Positions 54,537 through 64,000 of a stretch of 64,000 nt of DNA are shown piece by piece (position 1 is the first letter of the stretch; each line of letters starts with the position of its first letter). Under the pieces are notes generated by a model. That model saw only the letters and a list, made by a program, of their open reading frames with translations. It was not told the origin of the DNA and searched no databases. This DNA is from an uncultured Actinomycetota bacterium (GTDB lineage Bacteria > Actinomycetota > Actinomycetes > Mycobacteriales > Mycobacteriaceae), in NCBI GenBank assembly GCA_963798245.1, contig CAWCSO010000012.1, positions 361,358 to 425,357 on the forward strand. Direction: 5' to 3'. The position numbers and the translations under genes were made by a program.

Positions 54537-55588
54537 TGGGATCCGACGTATTCGGCGTGCTGCTGACCGTTGCGCTGCTCGGCGCCAACGCGTTCTTCGT
54601 CGGGTCTGAGTTCGCGCTGATCTCCGCGCGCCGCGACCGCCTGGAGGCACTGGCCGAACAGGGCAAGAAGAGTGCGGTGACGGTCATGAGGGCCGGCGAG
54701 CACCTGTCGCTGATGCTTGCCGGCGCGCAGCTGGGCATCACGATCTGTTCGATCCTGCTGGGTCGCGTCGGCGAGCCCGCGGTGGCGCACCTGCTCGAGA
54801 AACCCTTCGGCGCGTTGGGAATTCCGGACACCATGCTCCATACCGTGTCCTTCGTCATCGCGTTGGGCGTGGTGGTGACGCTGCACGTGCTGCTTGGCGA
54901 GATGGTGCCCAAGAACATCGCGATCGCAGGACCCGAGTCCACGGCGATGCTGCTGATCCCGCCGTACCTGGTCTACATGAAGGCGGCCAAGCCGTTCATC
55001 GCCTTCTACAACTGGTGCGCCAACGCCACCTTGCGCATGATCGGCGTCGAACCCAGGGACGAACTCGACGTCACGGTGTCGACCGTCGAACTGTCGGAGA
55101 TGATCGCCGAATCGCTCTCGGAGGGTCTGCTGGACCCCGAGGAGCACGGCCGGCTGACCCGTGCGCTACAAATTCGCAACCGCGTCGTCAGCGATGTCGC
55201 GATACCGCTGGACGACATTCGTGCGGTCCAGGTGGTCGCCGATGGTCGCGGCCCCGCGCTCGTCGACGTGGAGCGGGCCCTGGTCGACACCGGGTACTCC
55301 CGGTTCCCGGTCACGGACATGGCCGGCTTATACATCGGCTACCTGCACATCAAGGACATCCTGGCGATGGCGGACGATCCCGAGGCGGTGGTCGACCTCT
55401 CGATGGTGCGTCCTCTCCCCCAGGTCTCGTCCTCGCTGTCGCTGCCCGATGCGCTGTCGACTCTGCGCCGCGACAACAGCCACCTGGCCCTGGTGACCGC
55501 CGACGGCTACGTGACGGCGATGGTGGCGCTGGAAGACCTCGTCGAGGACTTGGTCGGGACGGTGCGCGACGGAACGCACCGGGTCTGA
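54533..55588 (+). CDS. CNNM/CBS hemolysin-family protein (Rv1841c-like)
   Basis: [33 protein letters not shown]. Confidence 0.92.
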   Translation: MMGSDVFGVLLTVALLGANAFFVGSEFALISARRDRLEALAEQGKKSAVTVMRAGEHLSLMLAGAQLGITICSILLGRVGEPAVAHLLEKPFGALGIPDTMLHTVSFVIALGVVVTLHVLLGEMVPKNIAIAGPESTAMLLIPPYLVYMKAAKPFIAFYNWCANATLRMIGVEPRDELDVTVSTVELSEMIAESLSEGLLDPEEHGRLTRALQIRNRVVSDVAIPLDDIRAVQVVADGRGPALVDVERALVDTGYSRFPVTDMAGLYIGYLHIKDILAMADDPEAVVDLSMVRPLPQVSSSLSLPDALSTLRRDNSHLALVTADGYVTAMVALEDLVEDLVGTVRDGTHRV

Positions 55589-55761
55589 GACCGCCGCCAG
55601 TCCACCACCAGCCACCTGACGCGGTACGCGCCGGCCAGGACGGGCCATTCAGGTGCAGTGGCGCGCAGTCGCGTCAAGCCCAACTGATCTGGCGAGGTCT
55701 GCTCATCCGCGATGAAGCGGGACCAGTCGCCGCGGATCGCTCAATGCAGGCGCTTCTGGAG

Positions 55762-56585
55762 TCATGCGCGGCCAACGATCGTCACATGATGGCGGTTGGC
55801 TTCGGGGTTGCGCCAGAACATGTCGTCGTCGTAGCGGTGGAACAGTTGCGGGGGCAGGACGGTCTGGCGGGGGATGATCTCCACCTTGCGGCGGATCGTG
55901 TGCAGGCCAGGTGCGCCCAATGCCAGATCGAATTCACCGGGGTCGTACTCGACGTTGTCGAAGTCGTGTTCGAACTGCGGTTCGCCGATGAAGTCGTAGA
56001 TCATCTTCATGGCCCGGGCGGGATCGCCGACCAGTGCGTCGTATTCCACCAGAATCATGGCAGGGGCCTGTTCGCCGAAGAATCCGTCCTTGAGCGCATC
56101 GAGGGCGTAACCAACCAGCCCGTCGGAGGTGGCCACCGCACCGATGCGGGAGAACACCGTGCCACCGGACTCGTAGCCGAACATGCCGGACGGCTCGAAA
56201 GCGTTGCGGCGAACCAGACGTTCGATGGAATCCATGATCCAGTTCACGTCCCGCACGCAGCAGATGACCTTGGCATCGGGGAACAGCTGGGTCAGCGCCG
56301 GCAGCTTGGCGCACCACAACCGGTTGGTGTCGAACACAACTTTGCGGTGTGGACCTCGTCGTAGTAGTTGGTGAACAGGCCGGCCAAGATGTCTTGGCGC
56401 TGCTTGGTGTCGATGAACACCGCCGTCTCGTTGCGGCGGCTCATCGATTTCTCCAGCGCGAGATACATCGACCCGACCGGGCTGGTCATCCCGGCATGAA
56501 AGCGCGGGTTCTGCCGCAGAATCCCCGCCAGCAGCGTCGAACCCGACCTCGGCAGCCCAGAGATGAAGTGAATACCTTGTCGCAT
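55762..56585 (-). CDS. PAPS-dependent sulfotransferase, RaxST-like (about 274 aa), single frameshift near 56345
   Basis: 5'-PSB HFISGLPRSGSTLL, LRQNP, FDTNRLWC, 3'-PB CCVRDVNWIMDS; RBS gggaga; N- and C-halves in two frames. Confidence 0.85.
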
Positions 56586-56636
56586 ACAAGTCTCCCGTCG
56601 ATGAACGTGATGGCCGAGCGTCGAGGCACGCGCTGG

Positions 56637-59600
56637 CTAGCCGGACGCCGCTGCGCCGCGGAGCCCGATCAGGTCGCTAGTCGGGGAGTCCCCCCGGGAG
56701 AAGTCGTCAGCCGAGATCCCCGCCAGGTCCCACCGAGTACCGCCGTTGCCGCCAGTACCGCCCGCCCCGGCGCCGAGACCGCCAGGTGTGCCGGGCGATC
56801 CGGTGCGCGCCCGGGCCGCCTGGATGCCATGGAACGCGCCGCCGGTGCCACCGCCGCCACCGGCACCACCGGCACCGCCGCCGGTGCCGCCGCTGTTCAG
56901 GCCACCAACACCGCCGGTGCCGCCCGCGCCGCCGGTGCCGCCATCGAATTGGCCTTGTCCACCAGCGCCACCGGTACCGCCCGCCCCGCCCGCGCCGCCC
57001 GGAGCGCCCGTGCCAGGTGAGCCCGCTGAGCCCGGACCGACGCCGGCCCCGCCGCCGGAACCGCCGGGACCGCCGGGACCGCCGGGACCGCCGGGACCGC
57101 CCGTAGTCCCGGTGTAGTAGCCGTAGCCGCCGACGCCGCCCGCGCCCCCGGTGCCGCCGCTACCGCCGTCACCGTTGGCGCCCGCCGCCCCGGCTCCGCC
57201 ACCGGCAGCACCGCCGTCACCGCCGTCGCCACCGGGCTGGCCGGGCCCACCTTCGGGGTTGTCCCCATCGCCGTCGATGCCGGGCACGCCATAGCCGCCG
57301 TCGCCGCCCCTACCGCCGTTCCGTTGGGGCCGGCGGTACCAGCGATGCCCGGGCCGATACCAGCCGCTCCTCCGGTACCACCGGTGCCACCGTCACCGCC
57401 GTCACCGCCACCTGTAGCGCTGGCCGCGCCGTCGCCGCCGGCCCCGCCGTCACCGCCGGCGCCACCGTTGCCGTCGGTGCCCGCTGCTCCGGGTCCGCTA
57501 CCGGCTGCCCCGCCGTCACCGCCGGGACCACCGATAAGTCCAGCGATGCCATCGGGGTCGTCCGGAGTGCCGGGACTACCGGAACCGCCGGCACCGCCGT
57601 CACCGCCGTTACCACCGTTGCCGTTGGCACCGTGGGTACCGTTGCTTCCGGTAACACCACCATTTCCAGCACCCGTACCGGCCAATGCCGCCGGGACCGC
57701 GAGTACCGCCGTTACCGCCGTTACCGCCGTTGCTGCCGGCTCCGCCAAATTCGACCGACGACGCGCCGTCGGCGCCGTTACCGCCGGTGCCGCCGTCACC
57801 GCCGTCACCGCCGTTGGTGGCGCCGGCGCCGGCGTAACCGCCATCCCGCCGGCGCCACCATTACCGCCGTTGTAGCCATTGGACCGGAGCCGAAGCATAA
57901 GCCGTAGAGGCCGTCGCCGCCATTACCGCCGTTACCGCCGTTACCGTTGGTCCCGGCAGTGCCGGCGCCCGCTCCGGCGCGCCGCCGTCGCCACCGTTAC
58001 CGCCGGCATTGCCTGCAAAGCCGGCGTATGGTAAATGCCAGAGCGTTGCCGCCGTCGCCGCCGTTCCCGCCGTTGCCGTTGAGGCTCCCGCCGGCACCGC
58101 CGACTCCGCCGTTACCGCCAGCCCCGCCCCGCCGTAACCGAAGCGGAAGGCGCTGCCGTCACCGCCGTCTCCGCCATTGCCGGCGTTACCGCCAGCAGCG
58201 CCTGCTCCCGCGCCGTTACCGGCGTCGCCACCGTTGCCGCCGTACCGCCTTTACCGCCGGGGTAATTGAAGGCGGCGTAATAGCCCTGCCGTAGCCGACT
58301 CCGTTACCGCCGGCACCGCCGTTACCGCCGTTACCGCCTTGACCGTTGATGCCACCAGCGGTCGCGGCACCGCCGTCACCACCGTTACCGCCGTCACCGC
58401 CGTAGTAGCCGGACCCCCAGCCGAGGTAGCCGCTGCCCGGGACGTAGACGCTGCGGTTGTAGCTGCCGCCGTCACCGCCGTTACCGCCGCTCCCACCGAT
58501 GCCGCCGGCACCAGCCCCTTGGCCCGCGTCCCCTCCGCGACCGCCGGCACCGCCCGAGTAGCCGTAGGCGTAGCCGGTATAACCGCCGTTTTCGCTTCCT
58601 GAGTTACCGCCGTCACCCCCGTTACCGCCGTTACCGTTGGTACCGCCAGCGGTCGCAGCCCCACCGGCCCCGCCGTAACCGCCGTCACCGCCGAAGGCGT
58701 CGTCAGTACCGGCGTTACCACCGGCTCCGCCGTTACCGCCGTTACCGCCGATACCGCCGGCCCCCGCGCCTTGGCCGGCGTCACCGCCGTCCCCACCGTT
58801 ACCGCCGTAGAAGCCGGTTTCGTCGCCGTAACCGCCGTCACCGCCGTCACCGCCGGTTACCGCCGTTACCGTTGGCGCCACCCGCGGCCCGCGGCGCCGC
58901 CGGCACCACCAGCACCACCGTTACCGGCCAGAATAGCCGTAGGCGCCGTCGGGGTTGTCAACCGTCACCGCCGTTACCGCCATGACCGCCGGTACCGCCG
59001 ACCCCGGCGCCGCCACCGGCACCACCGGCACCACCGTTACCGGCGGCACCGGCTTCGTACAGTCGCCGTCACCGCCGCCTACGACGTAGTAGCCGTAACC
59101 GCCCCGGCCGCCCTGCCCGCCGGCACCGCCATTGCCGCCGGTACCACCGTCGCCGGCGTTGCCGCCGGCACCACCGTTACCGCCGTTACCGCCCGCGTAG
59201 CCGTTGCAGTAACCGGCATCATTCAACCGAGTTACTGCCGAAACCGCCAGTACCTACCGGCGTACCGCCGTCACCACCGATACCGCCCGGCCCCGGCGCC
59301 CAGGCCGGCGTTACCGCCCGCCGCCTGTACCGCCGTTGCCGCCGGCGGCGCCGGCGTCTGCGTAGTAGCCGCCGTACGCCGGTGTAACCGCCGTCACCAC
59401 CATTGCCGCCGGCACCGCCGTCACCGTTGGTTCCGCCCGCGGTCGCGGCCCCGCCGGCACCACCGTCACCGCCATTGCCGCCTGAGCAGCCGTAGCCGTA
59501 GACGCTAGGTAACCGCCGGTCGCCGCCGTTACCGCCGTTACCGCCGACACCGCCGGCCCCCGCGCCTTGGCCCGCGTCACCGCCGTCACCGCCGGCCGCC

Positions 59601-62600
59601 GCCGCACCTGGCCGTCGCTGTCGTTGTCCGCCGTCACCACCGTTACCGCCGGTACCGCCGTCGCCGTTGTACCAGCGTCACCGCCCGCGCCGCCCGCACC
59701 GCCGTTACCGCCGGCACCGCCGGTACCATCGTCGTACCCGCGCGCCGTCGCCGCCGTAGCCGCCGTCGCCGCCGTTACCGCCGTTACCGTTGGTGCCCGC
59801 GGCGTCCCTGGCTCCGCCGGCACCACCGCCACCGTTACCGCCGTCGTAACCGCCGTATCGCCAACGCCGGCGTCGCCGCCGTTGCCGCCGTTGCCGCCGT
59901 TACCGCCGTTACCGCTGGCTCCAGCGCCTACGCCGGCGTTGCCGCCAGCACCACCCGCACCGCCGTTACCCGCGTAGCCGTAGCCCGCCGGGGTCATTGC
60001 CGTCACCACCGTCACCGCCGTCACCGCCGTCCCCAACCCCGGCGTTACCGCCGTTACCGCCGTTCACCGTTGTAGCCCGTCGCGGACCCGGCTACCGCCA
60101 GCCCCACCGTAATAGCCGTAACCAGCACCGCCGTAGCCGCGTAACCGCCGTAGCAACCGTACACCGCACCGTAATAACCGTTGCCGCCGTTGCCGCCGTT
60201 ACCACCGTTACCGACGGAAACGCGCCGCACCACCATCGGCGCCGGGGGTGGACCGCCGTGCCACCGGTGCCGCCGGCCCCCGCGATACCGGCATCGCCGC
60301 CAGCACCACCGCACCGCCGGCACCGCCGGTTCAGCGATGTTGTAGTAGCGGCCGCCGTTACCGCCGTTACCGGCGGTGCCGCCGTCACCGCCGTTACCAG
60401 CGTCGCCGCCGGCGCCATCGACACCTGCCGTGCCCGAGGTCACCGTACCGCCGGTACCGCCGTTACCACCGTTACCGCCGCACCGCCGGCACCGCCGCTG
60501 CCGCCGTCCTGACCATTCTCCCCGGATCCACAGCAGCGTCATACGCCGTCGACACCGTTGCCGCCGTTACCGCCCAGAGCGCCGACACCGCCAGTTCCGC
60601 CGTTACCGCCATCACCGGAGATGGATCCGCCCGCGCCACCGGCACCACCGTTGCCGCCCGCGCCACCAGCGACACCGTTGGTGCCGCTGACACCTGGACC
60701 GTCACCATCGGGCCCGTCGCTGCCAGAAGCACCGGTACCACCGGTGCCGCCGGTGCCGCCGTTACCCCGCGATCCGCCGTTGCCGCCGGCCCCACCGGTC
60801 CCGCCGGGAGTACCGAGGACAGTGCTGGCGCCACCGGCGCCACCGGCACCGCCGTTGCCGACTGGGCCGGTCAGCGGTGTGCCGGCGCTCCCGGTGCCGC
60901 CGGGCGTGGATCCGGTACCCCCGGGCCCGCCGGCGCCCGCGGTGCCCGCTTCGCCGCCGTTCCCGCCGGTGCCGCCGACTCCGCCATCTAGTGCGCTGGG
61001 ATCCCCGCCGGTAGCGCCGGTCCCGCCGTCACCGGGCCTACCGGCCGCGCCACCATCCCACCGGTGCCGCCGGCACCGGTCGTGCCGGTGTTGCCCGACC
61101 CCAGCGCGGTTCCGGCAGCACCACCGTTACCACCAGTCCCGCCGGTGGCGCCGTTACCACCGTCACCACCGTTACCGCCGGCTTCCCCGGGAGCTACACC
61201 AGCAGCTCCGACAACACCGGCGCCACCGCCACCACCGCGACCCCCCATGCCGCCGGCGCCACCGTTGCCGCCGTCACCGGAGATCGAGCCACCCAAACCG
61301 CCGGCGCCGCCCTGGCCGCCGTCGGTCCCGGCGACACCATCTCCGCCACTGGCACCCGAGCCGGCACCATCAGGGCCGTCGGTGCCAGAAGCACCGGTAC
61401 CACCGGTGCCGCCGGTGCCGCCGTTACCACGCGATCCGCCGTTGCCGCCGGCCCCACCGGTCCCGCCGGGAGTACCGAGGACAGTGCTGGCGCCACCGGC
61501 GCCACCGGCACCGCCGTTGCCGACTGGGCCGGTCAGCGGTGTGCCGGCGCTCCCGGTGCCGCCGGGCGTGGATCCGGTACCCCCGGACCCGCCGGCGCCC
61601 GCGGTGCCCGCTTCGCCGCCGTTCCCGCCGGTGCCGCCGACTCCGCCATCTAGTGCGCTGGGATCCCCGCCGGTAGCGCCGGTCCCGCCGTCACCGGGCC
61701 TACCGGCCGCGCCACCATCGCCACCGGTGCCGCCGGCACCGGTCGTGCCGGTGTTGCCCGACCCCAGCGCGGTTCCGGCAGCACCACCGTTACCACCAGT
61801 CCCGCCGGTGGCGCCGTTACCACCGTCACCACCGTTACCGCCGGCTTCCCCGGGAGCTACACCAGCAGCTCCGACAACACCGGCGCCACCGCCACCACCG
61901 CGACCCCCCATGCCGCCGGCACCACCATTGCCGCCGTCACCGGAGATCGAGCCACCCAAACCGCCGACCCCGCCGGCACCGCCAATGCCGCCGGCGACAC
62001 CGTTGGTGCCGCTGGCACCAGAACCGATTCCAGGATCACCATCGGTGCCGGGGGCGCCGGTACCACCGGCACCACCTGTGCCGCCATTACCCCGCGATCC
62101 GCCGTTGCCACCGGTACCACCGGTCCCGCCGGGAGTACCGAGGGCGGTGCTGGCGCCACCGGCGCCACCGGCACCACCGTTACCGACCGGGCCACTCAGC
62201 GACCCGCCGGTGCTCCCAGTGCGGCCGGGCGTGGATCCGCTACCACCGGCCCCGCCGGCACCCGCGGTACCCGGATTGCCGCCGTTACCACCGGTCCCGC
62301 CGACCCCACCATCAGGTGCGCTGGGATCCCCGCCGGTCGCGCCGGCCCCTCCGTCACCGGGCCTACCGGCCGCGCCACCATCGCCACCATCGCCGCCGGC
62401 ACCAGTGGTGCCATCGCTACCAACCCCCAGCGCGATCCCGGCAGCACCACCGCTACCACCAGTTCCGCCGGTGCCGCCGGTGCCGCCGTCACCACCGTTA
62501 CCGCCGGCTTCCCCGGGATCTACCCCAGCGGCGCCGGAAGCACCGTTGCGACCGGCACCACCGCGACCGCCGACACCGCCATCGCCGCCGTCACCGCCGT

Positions 62601-64000
62601 CACCAGAGATCGTGCCACCGCTGCCACCAGCACCTCCGGCCCCACCAATGGCGCCGGCGAAACCATTGGTGCCTGCGGCGCCGGTACCACCGTCACCGCC
62701 GTCACCGCCATCACCCAGCGAACCACCCGCACCGCCGTCACCGCCGTCACCGCTGGCTCCGCCGTCACCGCCGTCACCGCCGTCACCACCTGAAGTGGCC
62801 GGGCCCCCGGCAGTGCCGTCGGAGCCGGCGCTGCCGCAATGGCCTGCACCGGCCGCACCGCCCATACCCCCGGCGCCAGCAGTACCCGGATCACCGCCGT
62901 TGCCGCCGTTGCCGGCATCGGGATGCACGTTGGTGCCGTCCGCTCCGTCGCCGCCGTCACCGCCGACCCCGCTGGCTCCGCCGTCACCGCCGTCACCGCC
63001 GTCACCGGCCTGCCCCTTGGCCCGCACAAAGAGCAGTTTGCGGGCGTACCCGGCGTCTCCGCCCGCCCCGCCGTTACCGCCGACCCAACCGGTCCCGCCG
63101 GTCCCGCCGTCGTAGCCGTTGCCGTCGTTGTCGTCAAAGCCGGTGGAATCGGCGCCGGTACTCCCAGTCGCCCCGACCCCGCCGTTACCACCGCGCCCAC
63201 CGTCACCACCGGCTCCCGGATGGCCGATCAGCAGACTGCCGACGCCGCCCTCGCCGCCCGCGCCGCCATCCCCGGCCGGCCCGACCACGCCGTCACCACC
63301 ACGCCCACCGTCACCACCGGCTCCGGTGCCCGCCGCAGAGTCGCGGTTCGGCAAGTTGAAGATCCAGGAGCCGTCGCCGCCGGCGCCGCCGGTGCCACCG
63401 TCACCACCGTCCGCACCGTCACCGCCGTCACCACCGTCACCACCGCTGCCAAGTATCGACAACAGCCCCACATTGCCGCCGCTGCCGCCGTCGCCGCCCG
63501 CCCCGGTCGCCAAGGCGTCCGCACCGGCGCCACCGTTTCCGCCGCCGTGGACGAACAGCGCACTTCTACCGCCGTTGCCGCCGTCACCGCCGCCGCCGCT
63601 GCCCATCCCGCCGTCACCACCGGCGCCACCGTCGCCGATCGCCGACAACAGACCGCTATTACCGCCGTCACCACCACGACCGCCCACCCCACCGGCGCCC
63701 GAAGCCTCACCACCGTCCCCGCCGCGACCCGCGTCCCCGATCGGCGACAAGAACCCCGTCGCTCCGCCATCACCGCCCGCACCGCCGACACCACCGACAC
63801 CACCGTGATCGATGTCACCACCGGCACCGAAGGCCGCACCACCGGCCCCGCCGTCACCGCCGAAACCGAAGAACGAGAACAAACCGGTCCTGCCGCCGGA
63901 ACCACCGGCGCCACCAGAGGTCAGGCCGTCGCCACCAGCGCCACCGTCACCGCCATCACCAGTGAACAACCCGCCAGCGCCGCCGTTACCGCCGGAACCA
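56637..64000 (-). CDS. giant PGRS-like glycine-rich repeat protein, 5'-truncated, many frameshifts
   Basis: continuous GGxGGxGG (x = A/N/D/T) repeats over >7.3 kb; 993-aa uninterrupted stretch 60988-63969; stop at 56637; N-terminus outside window. Confidence 0.85.
60590..62620 (-). repeat. about three tandem 663-bp (221-aa) units inside the PGRS-like gene
   Basis: gcgatccgccgttgcc recurs at 60769, 61431 and 62094 (spacings 662 and 663). Confidence 0.85.

Noticed and set aside
60558-63808. Long proline-rich plus-strand ORFs
   Set aside because: Antisense shadows of the GGC/GGT glycine codons of the PGRS-like gene.

Overview
GC-rich chromosomal segment of a mycobacterium, most likely a rapid grower (Mycolicibacterium-like, since it carries lon). 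The right two-thirds is collinear with the M. tuberculosis Rv1872c-Rv1841c region: lldD2, a reductase, Rv1867/Rv1866-like genes, CPBP protease, Rv1861, apa, SDR, LLM-F420, ndh, ureABCFGD, PaaI, blaI/blaR, gnd, guaB1 and two CorC/HlyC genes. Accessory genes are interleaved. The strongest candidate for an undescribed system is at the right end: a >7.3 kb, 5'-truncated PGRS-type glycine-rich gene whose C-terminal half carries many Tyr-rich islands. It is followed 51 bp later, on the same strand, by a sulfotransferase carrying the motifs of Xanthomonas RaxST, a bacterial tyrosylprotein sulfotransferase. This suggests tyrosine sulfation of a mycobacterial surface protein. A second candidate is a translationally coupled pair, a small winged-helix-like protein plus a 1043-aa double ATPase (P-loop + HerA), which may be an anti-phage or DNA-processing system. 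Also present are a GNAT-AAA fusion, a degenerate cyclase/MscS-cNMP/K+-channel cluster, a TetR-controlled catabolic cassette, a MrsI-like iron sRNA, and LexA, HspR/SigH, IdeR, BlaI, CRP and candidate CGNR operator sites. Many genes carry single-base frameshifts that are probably sequencing indels. Family assignments come from motif recognition and recalled gene order, not database searches.
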